This document shows, piece by piece, positions 29,750 through 40,204 of a stretch of DNA of 64,000 nucleotides. The number at the start of each line of letters is the position of its first letter. Positions within the stretch are counted from its first letter, which is position 1. Made by a program: the position numbers and the translations under genes. The notes below the pieces were generated by a model, which was not told where the DNA came from, searched no databases, and worked only from the letters and a program-made list of their open reading frames with translations. This DNA comes from a virus: IMG/VR virus record IMGVR_UViG_3300010413_000014, positions 11,795 through 75,794 of that record; one strand, 5' to 3'.

Positions 29750-30331
29750 TTACATATAGAGATCAATCACTCGTTTCACTTGAGAGTAATATACATTCAT
29801 CTCCTTTTGGATTTGACTAGATTTTTGACCTTTCTTTAATCGAGTTAAGATCTCTTCTGTTTTAGATCCAGATTTCGGAGCTTTTTCAGCAGTTTTTTCA
29901 ATCTTCTTTTCTTCGCTTTTGTTTTCGTTTTTCTTGGAAGTAACTTTCTTTAATGTGATAACTATATCGATCGAGATATGACCTTTTTCTCCATATTCAA
30001 TATGACTCTCTTTCAAATTGAATCCACGTCTAGCTAAGGCTTCTTTCATCTTAACAACTTCTGGCTTCCATCTTTTTTCAGCAGCTTTCTGCAATCTTTG
30101 TACTTGTGAATGATCCATCCAACCATCACCATCTTCACCACCACCGTGATCTGTTCTTGGACCTCTTTCTCCTGTGTAGATAGATAACTGAATACCTTTT
30201 CTAGTATTGATTTCGATCTGCTTTTGCTCTTCTCTCTTGCCAGCCCAAGTGCATTCATTTACTGTTTCAATACTTTCTAATCTTGATACTGAACGAAGAA
30301 TTGATCTGATTTCTGATAATTGAATTTTCAT
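29750..30331 (-). CDS. Early protein with shared C-terminal HTH tag
   Basis: Ends GSKTEEILTRLKKGQKSSQIQKEMNVYYSQVKRVI. Confidence 0.7.
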   Translation of the reverse strand: MKIQLSEIRSILRSVSRLESIETVNECTWAGKREEQKQIEINTRKGIQLSIYTGERGPRTDHGGGEDGDGWMDHSQVQRLQKAAEKRWKPEVVKMKEALARRGFNLKESHIEYGEKGHISIDIVITLKKVTSKKNENKSEEKKIEKTAEKAPKSGSKTEEILTRLKKGQKSSQIQKEMNVYYSQVKRVIDLYM

Positions 30332-30499
30332 AACTCTGTGTTTTTATTTGTTTGTTTTCAATGCTCTAAAGATACGACCAGTAGACCAAAGTAGCAACAA
30401 AAAAGCAGAAAACTTTTCAGAATTCTGCTTTTTAAAATTAGTCACTTTAACCTGGAAAGGTCACTATTCCGGTTTAATTAGACAACGATTTGATAAAAA

Positions 30500-30667
30500 T
30501 TATTTGTCACTCAATCGATTTTTCAAATCCTCTAAGCGACGTGATCGTTCGATTGCTCTACCTTGCTTTTCAGCATTCTCCTTAGCATTAGGACCTACAT
30601 AACAGGTACCTTCATCGCCCCATTTCCATCCTAATTTTTTGTCCTTTTGGCATCGTTTTAATGGCAT
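30500..30667 (-). CDS. Small basic hypothetical protein
   Basis: MPLKRC...GWKWGDEGTCY.G..AK..AEKQGRAI, a common phage peptide pattern. Confidence 0.55.
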   Translation of the reverse strand: MPLKRCQKDKKLGWKWGDEGTCYVGPNAKENAEKQGRAIERSRRLEDLKNRLSDK

Positions 30668-30668
30668 A

Positions 30669-32378
30669 TCAATTCCTATTAGAGTTAACAATTCTCTTTA
30701 AAACTGCTTTAAGTCCACTATCACTCTTCAAGATATCTTTCCCTTTATTGATCGCTTCAGTTATAGCTTCCTTCTCTTGAAGCATCAAATACATATCCCA
30801 ATCAATCGTCTCATCATTCAACATAAATGTTGCTGTCATAGACGACTTTTGTCCAGATCTTTCAATTCGACCAATTGCTTGAGCTAAATCTGAGGGACGC
30901 CAGGGTAATTCGAGAATCAATTCATTTGAACAAACCTCTTGCAATCCATCAACTCCTGTACCAGCCGACTGCATATTTGCAAAAAGAAAGATGTCGTCAG
31001 ATTCAATGAATTCGCGAACTATTTTCTGCTTTTTCTTAGGAGCGACTCCACCAGCAATCAACGGACTTTTGAAGTGTGCTGAAAGCTCTTCTAAGGGAGC
31101 AGTATGAAGTGCAAAGATGAGTAACTTTCCTTTATCCGCTTCCTTCCAATCTTTCAGATACTGCTTGATAGCTTTCATCTTTCCTTCGATTGCTAGAGTT
31201 CGCAAAACATTCATCATAACCAGATGCTCTGCTTCCATTGCCTTCTCAGCTTTATCATCACCCTTCGTTTGTCTAACGAACTCAATCAGATCATTTGTTG
31301 CTGCTTGGTATGCCTTTTTGTTGGAGATTGGAACCTTAATCACTTGTTTTGTGATCTCAGGCAACTCATCCATCACATCACGTTTTTCTCGACGGATATA
31401 ACAAGTTTCTCGAAGCTTTTTGTTGAGTTCAAATATATTCGTCGCTCCACTTGTAACCCATCCAAACTTCCCTTTATATCCACCGCAATAACGCATCACA
31501 AATTGCTTCCAATCGTTAGCTATCAACTTCTCCTTACCAATCAACACTAAGAGATTCCAAAGCTCAATAGGCTTGTTCATGATAGCAGTTCCAGTCAACA
31601 GTTGAATTCGATCAATCTTCTTGACGATTTTTGCTGCAGCCTTTGCTCTTTGAGATTTCTTTTCCTTCAAAAAATGAGCTTCATCGAAGATGACCATCTT
31701 CCAATCAATATCGGCCAATTCAGAGAAATTCACAGTAGCTCCAGTTCCCTGCTTTTTAGCAATGATATCGTAGTTGATGATGATGATATCAGCTGACCAA
31801 TCGTTCTGTTTATTTGACTCTATGACTGAGATTGATCGCTTGTTTTTGGTAATCTCAGCCCACTTTTCTGCCCAGTTATATTTCACTGATCCAGGCTCAA
31901 TAACTAAGCATGGAAAAGAATTCGTAACCTCAGCATAAAGTATCGATTCAAAGGTTTTTCCGAGTCCAACATCATCTCCATTAATCAAACACTTTTTCTC
32001 AAGAGCAAAGGCTAATGCTTCAAGTTGATATCTTCGAGGAGTATATGCAAAATCCTTCGAATCACACAAGCCTTTTAAATAAGCATAATCAACCTCTGTT
32101 CTTTGATAATCGTATTCAACCTCTTTAATCTCAGCTTTAACTTTTTGTTGAAAATTATTAGCTTTAATTAGTTGAATGATCCTCGCTTTACTGTAACTAT
32201 TAACAGGAATTATCCACGTTTTTAACTCAGGATTCCATCGTGCATTGTAATCACAGTTCTTGATCTGTTTGATGATATCCTCATCATAATCAAAGAAGAG
32301 GTTGATTGACTTATTTATCGCATCTACTTCATAGAGCCTCAAGCTACCAGAATTTAATGAAGTTAACAAATCTCTCAC
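30669..32378 (-). CDS. SNF2/HARP-like helicase
   Basis: DDVGLGKT, DEAH, LLTGT, QAIGRIERSGQ. Confidence 0.9.
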   Translation of the reverse strand: MRDLLTSLNSGSLRLYEVDAINKSINLFFDYDEDIIKQIKNCDYNARWNPELKTWIIPVNSYSKARIIQLIKANNFQQKVKAEIKEVEYDYQRTEVDYAYLKGLCDSKDFAYTPRRYQLEALAFALEKKCLINGDDVGLGKTFESILYAEVTNSFPCLVIEPGSVKYNWAEKWAEITKNKRSISVIESNKQNDWSADIIIINYDIIAKKQGTGATVNFSELADIDWKMVIFDEAHFLKEKKSQRAKAAAKIVKKIDRIQLLTGTAIMNKPIELWNLLVLIGKEKLIANDWKQFVMRYCGGYKGKFGWVTSGATNIFELNKKLRETCYIRREKRDVMDELPEITKQVIKVPISNKKAYQAATNDLIEFVRQTKGDDKAEKAMEAEHLVMMNVLRTLAIEGKMKAIKQYLKDWKEADKGKLLIFALHTAPLEELSAHFKSPLIAGGVAPKKKQKIVREFIESDDIFLFANMQSAGTGVDGLQEVCSNELILELPWRPSDLAQAIGRIERSGQKSSMTATFMLNDETIDWDMYLMLQEKEAITEAINKGKDILKSDSGLKAVLKRIVNSNRN

Positions 32379-32583
32379 GCCAAGTAAGAATTCTTACCTC
32401 ACTTGCGAAAAAATAAAGAGCTGTATGTTTCTTCTTAGAACTCTTCACAAAGAATCCAGGATGATGCCAAGCTGCTGGATGAATCTCTCCAACTTTAAAT
32501 GTATCATAATCACTCTTGAGAATCTCTATTCTTAATGGATATCGTCTCTTATACCCATACAAACGTTGTTTTGATCGTTTCAT
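32344..32583 (-). CDS. Hypothetical protein
   Basis: Likely start MKRSK at 32583. Confidence 0.45.
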   Translation of the reverse strand: MKRSKQRLYGYKRRYPLRIEILKSDYDTFKVGEIHPAAWHHPGFFVKSSKKKHTALYFFASEVRILTWRERFVNFIKFW

Positions 32584-32584
32584 A

Positions 32585-33277
32585 TTATTGCTTATTAAAT
32601 TGATTTTGAGAAAAATTTGCAAGATAGACCTCCAATTCTCTTTTGAATTTTAAGGTACGATTAAATCCGCAAGGTTGAGATTCTCCACAAATCCCATTAC
32701 GATATATACACGAGCGCACTAGCATATTGGCTAGTTCTAGATCAATCTCTCCAACCTCATCTTTAATTCTATTAAAAATCTTTCGAGTGTGATCGGAAGC
32801 CTTGTGACACAATCTCGATTTAGCCATATCTATTAATGATTGTGCATTAATCAAAAGACTGAGATTAGTTGGAGTGTTGCGACCGCCTCTTGTTTCGATT
32901 GCATTAATCAATTGATCAAGATCATGATGAAGAGCGATTTCATCATCACTATCTTTTTCTATATGCGATAGATCCTTAATCATATCGCGCAACTCTCTCG
33001 CTACCTCTTCAAGGTTTAAGCCGCCTCCATTACGATCAACTCTATGAGTGAGAGCGAAGGGTTGTGATCCTACATGATGTCTCAATAAATGAGTACTTAC
33101 ATAGAGCGGAATATTGATACATTCAATCCAAAAGAGTTGAGTGCGAGTTGGTGAATGTTCACTTTTATACATAGATAATAGTGATTGATTACTGCGACCA
33201 GCAAATGTTGATTCACAAGCTTTGAGCATTAATTCTCTAGTTGTAATCTTAGTTACTTTAACTTCTTCTATATTCAT
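32585..33277 (-). CDS. thyX: Flavin-dependent thymidylate synthase
   Basis: EHSP, IP.YVSTHLLRH, NAQSLI....RLC..A. Confidence 0.75.
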   Translation of the reverse strand: MNIEEVKVTKITTRELMLKACESTFAGRSNQSLLSMYKSEHSPTRTQLFWIECINIPLYVSTHLLRHHVGSQPFALTHRVDRNGGGLNLEEVARELRDMIKDLSHIEKDSDDEIALHHDLDQLINAIETRGGRNTPTNLSLLINAQSLIDMAKSRLCHKASDHTRKIFNRIKDEVGEIDLELANMLVRSCIYRNGICGESQPCGFNRTLKFKRELEVYLANFSQNQFNKQ

Positions 33278-33288
33278 AATCTCTAATT

Positions 33289-33888
33289 TTAGTCTAATCC
33301 AAAATATAATGCATTACTCAAATCGTTTGTATTTGCATTCTGAAGCTCTTCAATCAAGATTGCTTTAGATTCTTTACAAAGACCGTATCCATATCGAGTA
33401 TATCGATAAGATCGCTCGAATGTTGAAACTGGAAGCACTAAGGGTTTCTCTAGCACTAACTTCTTCAGATGCAAATGCTCAAAGAATAGTGGATGGTATA
33501 AACATTTGTACTCATAACCTCCTTCCTGATTCTCCACTTTGATATATGCGAACTTAGTGATCGAGAAATCAAACTTCTTCAATATCTCTTCAGGTTCTCC
33601 GTAAGTATTCCGAATCAATTCAACACGAACCTTAGTCTTTGTGTTTAAAAAAGCTTTGGTATTCATATTCTCGTAACTGAATTCGTAGTCATCATGATCC
33701 TCATAATACTTGACAGCTTCATCAAAATGATCCTCACTCTTGAAGAAGATATCAATATCTTTCATCTTCTCTTGGTTGAAAATATTTTTGAAGCAACCGC
33801 CTGCTATAAATCCATCATGACCTACCATATAAGTATCTAAGAATCTTATTTGAACGATCTCTAATGGTGACTTTTCAATGAAATCCAT
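33289..33888 (-). CDS. Nucleotidyltransferase (poly(A) polymerase/CCA head-like)
   Basis: FIAGGCF...KDIDIFF...VELI...FDFSITKFA. Confidence 0.7.
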   Translation of the reverse strand: MDFIEKSPLEIVQIRFLDTYMVGHDGFIAGGCFKNIFNQEKMKDIDIFFKSEDHFDEAVKYYEDHDDYEFSYENMNTKAFLNTKTKVRVELIRNTYGEPEEILKKFDFSITKFAYIKVENQEGGYEYKCLYHPLFFEHLHLKKLVLEKPLVLPVSTFERSYRYTRYGYGLCKESKAILIEELQNANTNDLSNALYFGLD

Positions 33889-34083
33889 TTATATGCTCAT
33901 AAAATGATTAATAATCCATGCAACCTCAATCTCAAATTCTTTCCAGGTAATTGGAGTTATAATAGCACTCCAAATGAGCGCCACGATAGATAAGATCAGA
34001 ATTAAACTGATCCCCATTATAACTGATATTACCCAAGGAACAAGAAACACTGCATACAACTTTATACTTTCGAGCTTTTTCAT
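33889..34083 (-). CDS. Small membrane protein
   Basis: Long hydrophobic stretch. Confidence 0.55.
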   Translation of the reverse strand: MKKLESIKLYAVFLVPWVISVIMGISLILILSIVALIWSAIITPITWKEFEIEVAWIINHFMSI

Positions 34084-34108
34084 AGCTAGGTTTGATTTTA
34101 TGTTAATA

Positions 34109-34486
34109 TTAAATTAATTTAAGAGCTTTATATAATCCTTCTTCCAATGCTTCTTCATAAGTATCCCAATGTCCACCTTCATTCGGGCCACTATAATCTG
34201 ACCAACAAATATGAGTTCCTCCACTTATCGTATCTTTTGTATGAGCTTTATTCAACTCCCACATCCACCCAGAAGCATTACAATATACCAGTACTTCAAT
34301 TTTATATATTTCTCGCAATATTTTTTGAAGAAGTGGCTGCTTACATATCCAAGCATAATCATTATCATCAACGCTTCTTATATTAGCCTTATCTATTATT
34401 ACCCCAGAACTACTAAACTCTTTTAAACTAATACCTTTCTCTCCAGCTAATCTTGCTGTCTTAAATGAGATTGAAGTCTCTTGCAT
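34109..34486 (-). CDS. Hypothetical protein (common Bacteroidota phage type)
   Basis: SF.TA.LA.EKG...LQK.LRE...TYEEALEEGL..AL.LI. Confidence 0.65.
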   Translation of the reverse strand: MQETSISFKTARLAGEKGISLKEFSSSGVIIDKANIRSVDDNDYAWICKQPLLQKILREIYKIEVLVYCNASGWMWELNKAHTKDTISGGTHICWSDYSGPNEGGHWDTYEEALEEGLYKALKLI

Positions 34487-34496
34487 AATCTTAATA

Positions 34497-35000
34497 TTAA
34501 ATCCTGAAAGTCGGTATCTCAGGAAGATTGTTTAAATTGCTCTTCACCTTACTCCAATAGATCAATGTTGAGAATTTTCGATCACCATAATAGCCTCCAT
34601 TCCAACAACGAGCTGCTTTTTCAAAATTCCACGAAGGATTGATTGCATTCTGATAATCAATAAACATCTGAACAGACCGATCACAATCCCACCGATCCTT
34701 CATAGAGTACTTTTGATATCCAAGTAATCGATTGACCTCTCTAACCATAATAGGTCTAATTTGCAATTGGCCTGCAGCCTCTTCTGAACTATTGTAAGCA
34801 ATACAACTTCCATTACTCTCAACTTGAATTATGGCCTCTATGAGGAGTTATCGTCGTTGTGATTCGATTCTCCAAGCTCGATCCTCAATAACTTTTCTAA
34901 GCTGTTGAATTGATGTGGTCATATTATTAACATGATCATTAACGACAGCTCTTATGGGGATCAATATGACCAATGCAGCCATAAGCATCAACTTCTTCAT
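34497..35000 (-). pseudogene. Signal-peptide lytic transglycosylase/lysozyme-like gene with in-frame TAA
   Basis: MKKLMLMAALVILIP... then TAA at 34848-34850 (codon 51), then LIEAIIQVESNG...AAGQLQIRP...ARCWNGG in the same frame. Confidence 0.75.
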
Positions 35001-35085
35001 CTTTATTAGTTTGAATTATGACTGTAAAAATACGAAAGGCTTACCAAATTAGCAAGCCTTTCATCAATTATTTTCAAAAATATTA

Positions 35086-35667
35086 TCAATATCTATAACT
35101 TCGCCTCAGATATTCACAAATCAACAAACTGTCAACCTTATTATCATCAGGAATAGAGCTTCGTTTACTAGTAGGATCTTTTCTTAAATCAATCCCTGGG
35201 AATAGTGACTGCGCTACTTTTAGTGACGTTGCTTTTGCATCATTCACCATAGTTTTTCCTGTTGACGATGGCACTTTTACGATATCATGTCCACGATAAA
35301 TTGCAGATTGCCACTTTTGTGGACGCACCATTACAATCTCAGCATTCAACATAACTGCAACCATCTTCTGCATACCTGCTGTATATCCAAATGAAAAGTT
35401 GTTTTGAGCAGACCACCCCTCTCGACCATGCACATCCTCAATAGCAGCGACAAATTGGCGTCCCTTATATTTAGAATTGATCTTAAATACTAGATCACGC
35501 AGTCCAGATTCTGAGAATTGAGTCTTCATTTTTGGTTTACCGGTCTTCGAGAGCTCTCCAGTTTCAATCTTCTCTTGAGGCATCGGATAAAAGTCCCAAT
35601 TTCCATCATGATAGATTGTTATGAATCCTTTGGATCCAGGATCAATACCCATTAACACTTTATTCAT
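35086..35667 (-). CDS. RuvC-like Holliday junction resolvase
   Basis: GIDPG, IEDV, PQKWQ, DNKVDSLLI. Confidence 0.8.
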   Translation of the reverse strand: MNKVLMGIDPGSKGFITIYHDGNWDFYPMPQEKIETGELSKTGKPKMKTQFSESGLRDLVFKINSKYKGRQFVAAIEDVHGREGWSAQNNFSFGYTAGMQKMVAVMLNAEIVMVRPQKWQSAIYRGHDIVKVPSSTGKTMVNDAKATSLKVAQSLFPGIDLRKDPTSKRSSIPDDNKVDSLLICEYLRRSYRY

Positions 35668-35668
35668 A

Positions 35669-37666
35669 TCATTGATTTAAGATGAAGCTCATATCATTCT
35701 CTTTAACGATCTTCAAGACATCACTCCTTACTTCTTCATCTGTGACATGAGTGATAAGTAGTACTGTAAGATCAAAATCAGCGATTGATTTCATCAAGTT
35801 TTTCAATCCTAATGAATCAACCCCCTCAAATACTTCATCGATACCTAAGAAATTAAGGCCACCATAAGGATGAGTGAGATCAATCATATACTTATTCGCA
35901 AGAATAGATGCAAATAAGATTCGACCACGCTCTCCTCCAGAGAATGAGTTGAAAGATCGCTCTACACCATTACGAATGATACGCGGAGTAATCTCTTCTT
36001 TAATACTTCCGTCAGCCTTTTGCTTGAATCCTTCGATCTTAATACGGATGTCGCTTTGCATTCTTTCTAATGAGCTGTTACAATGGTACTCAATCGCTCC
36101 AAGTGATTTGTTTGCAATATACATCTTGAATCGTTTGAAGTTTTCTTTCCATTGGTTCGCTTTATAGATCTCATCGCTCGCGATTCTCACATTTTCTTCA
36201 TCACTTGCGATCTCAAGATCTAATTCCTCAATCTCTTCTTCAAGCTCTTTAATGCGGTCATCGTTAGGTTGGACACTTGGTTTCTTTATTGCTTCTTCAT
36301 CTTCCTTGATTCTCGCATTCTTGCGCTCAATTAACCTATCGAGCTCAAGCATATCAGATTCATAGTCCTTAATCTCCTTTTTAATTTCCTCAATACCGTC
36401 GAGTACAGTTTGTTTAGCTCTTTTTAATTCGCGTTGCTTGATATCTTGATCAGATTCTTTTTTAGAGATAGCTCTGGCTTCAGATTCTAAGGTCTTTAGT
36501 ATGGTATTAAGTGTGTTTTTTTCAGCCTTTTCATTCTTCAGCTGCAATTCATATACGGGAAGAAGATCTTTTGCTTTAGCTAATTTTTCCAATCTTTCCT
36601 CTCGAGATATATCATCATTCTGAATAAACTCATGCTTGCATTTTGGGCACTCAATCGAACCGGCGAGCTTGTTTGAGTGTGTGCGAATAGCGAGATTGAT
36701 AGTATCTATTCCACTTTGAGTCTTTTTGATCTTTTCTTCGATCTTTTCAATCTCTTCTTCTTTGCTTTTTATCGCTTTTAGTGACTCTTTGCGCTCCTTA
36801 TTAAAGTCAATCACCTCAAAATTTGCCAGATTTTCCTCTGCAGTCTTGAGGGTTTCTTTTAATTTCAATAAATCCTTTTCACTTTCTCTGATCTCGGCGC
36901 GCACTTCCTCCTTGTCACTTTCAGCTTCCTGAATTGCAGATTGATATTCAGCAATGTTATCTTTGATCTGCTTAATAGCCTTCTCCTGCTCTTCACCAAT
37001 ATTGCGAGCTCTCTCATAAAGCAGAGTTTTTTCTACATTTTCCTTTGTTGCTTTATGAGAAGTGAGATCCTCTTTATAGGTTTCAAGCTTTGCTTCCCAA
37101 TCTTTGATGTCGATCTCATCAATCTTATCGATGATACTGGCATCTGAAAAGCGATTGATCAACTCAACCTTTTCGCGATTACTTGACTTGAAGAAAGATT
37201 TAAACTTTTCTGCACTAATAAAGTAGTAATTGTAAAGATCTTCCTTAGCAATTGCAAACCAACTGTCGATGAAGCGCTTCTTGTCATCAACATTAGAGAC
37301 TTCAACATCTTTAAATTCATCAGAATCATAGCTACGAGTCTTAATCTCAAGACCATTGCTGCTTTTTCGTTTTAGAATCCAATGAATCCAAAGTATCTCT
37401 TTACGAATGTCGCAAGAAGCGAATACTTGAATATGCGCTTCATCGTGATTGAAGTTAATTAGCTCTTTATCTAGAACACCCTTGCTGTTAGATGCAGTGA
37501 TTGCTCTCTCAACAGCTGTTAATATTCCAGATTTTCCAACTCCATTGGTCTTCTGATCATCATCTGTTCGATTCTCACCCTGTATTTGAAGCGGTTTACG
37601 AACAAAAGTATAATCAAGATCAATGAAGGTCATAAAATTCTTCAAGATTACTCGATCAATTCTCAT
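35669..37666 (-). CDS. SbcC/Rad50-like recombination ATPase
   Basis: NGVGKS, coiled coil with CPKC hook, FSGGE, IDEVFEGVD, LLITH. Confidence 0.9.
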   Translation of the reverse strand: MRIDRVILKNFMTFIDLDYTFVRKPLQIQGENRTDDDQKTNGVGKSGILTAVERAITASNSKGVLDKELINFNHDEAHIQVFASCDIRKEILWIHWILKRKSSNGLEIKTRSYDSDEFKDVEVSNVDDKKRFIDSWFAIAKEDLYNYYFISAEKFKSFFKSSNREKVELINRFSDASIIDKIDEIDIKDWEAKLETYKEDLTSHKATKENVEKTLLYERARNIGEEQEKAIKQIKDNIAEYQSAIQEAESDKEEVRAEIRESEKDLLKLKETLKTAEENLANFEVIDFNKERKESLKAIKSKEEEIEKIEEKIKKTQSGIDTINLAIRTHSNKLAGSIECPKCKHEFIQNDDISREERLEKLAKAKDLLPVYELQLKNEKAEKNTLNTILKTLESEARAISKKESDQDIKQRELKRAKQTVLDGIEEIKKEIKDYESDMLELDRLIERKNARIKEDEEAIKKPSVQPNDDRIKELEEEIEELDLEIASDEENVRIASDEIYKANQWKENFKRFKMYIANKSLGAIEYHCNSSLERMQSDIRIKIEGFKQKADGSIKEEITPRIIRNGVERSFNSFSGGERGRILFASILANKYMIDLTHPYGGLNFLGIDEVFEGVDSLGLKNLMKSIADFDLTVLLITHVTDEEVRSDVLKIVKENDMSFILNQ

Positions 37667-37821
37667 ATCATATATGCTTGTTTATATAAAATTTCAACAG
37701 TATCATAAGCCTCCTGCATCAAAGCTGAGTTAGGGGCTTTGGGATTGGTTTTTCTAAGACCATTATAGATCCGCATAACTTGTCTTCTCCATAGATCTTT
37801 CATAGGTTTGGTTTTTGATGA

Positions 37822-38001
37822 TTATATAATATCTTTGATATTGATAATCGGCTTCATACCATTGATTCCTCCGAAAGCAACTCTATCCTTAATAGAAGGT
37901 TTTATCTGTATTTGATCGTCATCGATACTTAGGATAATTCCAGAGTGAATGTTTCCTGAAAATCTGAATCTAACCTTGATGCCTTTTTTAAGAGTTTTCA
38001 T
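37822..38001 (-). CDS. Small hypothetical protein (59 aa)
   Basis: Read manually, MKTLKKGIKVRFRF..., directly after promoter 38022. Confidence 0.55.
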   Translation of the reverse strand: MKTLKKGIKVRFRFSGNIHSGIILSIDDDQIQIKPSIKDRVAFGGINGMKPIINIKDII

Positions 38002-38118
38002 AACTTTGTGTTTTTAATGATCTAAAGATACGGCTAAAACCTCATTCAGTGCAACTATTTATAAAGAAAAATCCCAATTAAATTAATAATTGGGATTCCT
38101 CAGCTATATTAAGCGATA

Positions 38119-39096
38119 TTATTTCTTGGATACTTTCTCCACTTTTGCTTTGATCTCTTCAACAAGCTCCGGATTATCCTCTAAAAGCACCCTTAGCTTC
38201 GCTGCACCTTGAGCAAGATTCTCTCCTTCATATGCGATCCAGGATCCCTTCTTTTGAAAAACTCCAAGTTGTACAGCCACTTCAAATAACACCCCAAGCT
38301 CATCAATCCCTTTACCATAAACAATATCGTTATCGATGGTTTTAAAAGGAACTCCGATCTTATTTTTAACGATCTTAACATGCTGCTTGAAACCGATCAC
38401 CTGTTCACCTTCACGGATCCACCCCTTACTCTTTATCTCTGCTCTTTGTGAAGCATAGAATTTAAGAGCCTTTCCTCCGGAGGTTATTTTTGTTGGTACG
38501 TGAGCGTTGATTACTTCGCGCAACTGGTTAATGAAGATTACTGTGCATTTATTGTCATTAGCGGGACCAGCAATCAACTTCATTCCTTTTGACATCATGC
38601 GAGCTTGCATAGCCATCTTGGTTTCACCAATCTCACCTTCAAGCTCTGCAAGAGGTACCATAGCTGAGACTGAATCTACGACAATCAGATTCACTTCACC
38701 GGTATTAATCAGAGCTCTGATTGTTTCAAATGCTTGTTCGCCATCTGATGGTTGAGAAATGTACAATTCATCAATATCAACACCTATCTGCTCCGCATAC
38801 TCTGTATTTAAAGCATGTTCTGCATCAATGATCGCTGCAGTTCCTCCTGCTTTTTGAATTGATGCAATTGCTTCCAATGCAAGACCAGTCTTTCCGCAAC
38901 CAGATTCAGCATAAAGTTCGATAATCTTACCGACACCCCAACCTCCACCGAGAGCTTCATCCAGGTCCAATCTACCAGAACTGAATGTTTCAGCATTCGT
39001 GTGAGCGTCGCTCATCTTCATTACAACTGGTTCTTTGTAACGTTTTTCTAATGCAGCCATAGCTGCTTCAATTGCTTTGTTTGTTTTCTTTGCCAT
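38119..39096 (-). CDS. recA: RecA recombinase
   Basis: ESGCGKT, IDAEHAL, SQPSDGEQ, IVVDSV, QARMMS, FINQLR, GGKALKFYAS. Confidence 0.95.
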   Translation of the reverse strand: MAKKTNKAIEAAMAALEKRYKEPVVMKMSDAHTNAETFSSGRLDLDEALGGGWGVGKIIELYAESGCGKTGLALEAIASIQKAGGTAAIIDAEHALNTEYAEQIGVDIDELYISQPSDGEQAFETIRALINTGEVNLIVVDSVSAMVPLAELEGEIGETKMAMQARMMSKGMKLIAGPANDNKCTVIFINQLREVINAHVPTKITSGGKALKFYASQRAEIKSKGWIREGEQVIGFKQHVKIVKNKIGVPFKTIDNDIVYGKGIDELGVLFEVAVQLGVFQKKGSWIAYEGENLAQGAAKLRVLLEDNPELVEEIKAKVEKVSKK

Positions 39097-39097
39097 C

Positions 39098-40204
39098 TTA
39101 CTTCTTCTTTAAAAAATCGTTCAAATATTGCAATCCTTGCTCATAATTCAGATCCTTCTCCTTACAATAAGCTTTGAAATCTTCTCGAATGGTCGCTTCA
39201 GTGTGCTCCTTTATGACGATGGGCGCAACTTGATATCCTTCAACTGTTGATGAGGAGGCTTGTTCGAATACTTTATCGTATTTTACCTTCACATCAATAC
39301 CGGCTTCAGTAAACATCTTCTTTGAAACTGCTTTCAATTTATCTTCACTACCAGTTAATTCAAAGCGTACTGCATTATCGGAATCTCGATACTTCTCAAC
39401 TTCCTTTTTGAGATCCTTGTTTGAAATTTCATCCAGATCAATAGTCACTTTTTCAAACTCACGAAACTTACCTCTAACAATCTCATAAGACAAATCATCA
39501 TAAAGTACTGTAAATCCTTTATTAGCATCCTCTCCAAAGCCATTTTGTCTTAAAGATGGAAGATGAATGATATCTTCAGTTACTTCATGAGTGTTGTGGA
39601 AGTGTCCAAGGTAAACCTTTTTGAATTTCTTTAACATCTTTCGGTCAATAGTTCTTCCCTCACTCACTTTTCCTAAGTAGATCGAACCATTCAATTCGAA
39701 GTGACCAATCAATAGATCTGCAGGAGCAGCTTCTTCGAGCATTTGAGCTTGAATCTTATCCTCAAAGAAAGGCATCATAAGAATATCAATACCTTTCAAG
39801 TGACCATAAGTCGGTTTCTTAAAATATCTCATTGCTGGATGTCCATCAAAAACCTCAACGAATGACTCTTCTGCTTCATATACCGGTTTGTCGTGATTAC
39901 CTGGAATAAACCAGTACTCCATATCACTTCCCCAAAGCTTATCTAAGATTCGCTTGAAGGTTAACAAGGTCTTCAAGCGTTGCTGGCTTCTTGAGTGAAA
40001 GAAATCACCCGCACCAATCAAAATCTTAATATCATGCTTCTTTGCGAAGTTGATCATATGATCAATTGACTCGAGCACTTGATCCTCATTTCCACTTTTC
40101 AAATGCCAATCATTACTAACGATAGCGATTGGAGATCTATTTATAGCTGATTTCATGTCCAGACCAGAATTTTCGATAGTTTTGTAACTTATTGCATTGA
40201 TCAA
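39098..40204 (-). CDS. SbcD/Mre11-like nuclease
   Basis: DWH, GDFF, GNHD, GHF, GHFH. Confidence 0.85.
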   Translation of the reverse strand: MINAISYKTIENSGLDMKSAINRSPIAIVSNDWHLKSGNEDQVLESIDHMINFAKKHDIKILIGAGDFFHSRSQQRLKTLLTFKRILDKLWGSDMEYWFIPGNHDKPVYEAEESFVEVFDGHPAMRYFKKPTYGHLKGIDILMMPFFEDKIQAQMLEEAAPADLLIGHFELNGSIYLGKVSEGRTIDRKMLKKFKKVYLGHFHNTHEVTEDIIHLPSLRQNGFGEDANKGFTVLYDDLSYEIVRGKFREFEKVTIDLDEISNKDLKKEVEKYRDSDNAVRFELTGSEDKLKAVSKKMFTEAGIDVKVKYDKVFEQASSSTVEGYQVAPIVIKEHTEATIREDFKAYCKEKDLNYEQGLQYLNDFLKKK

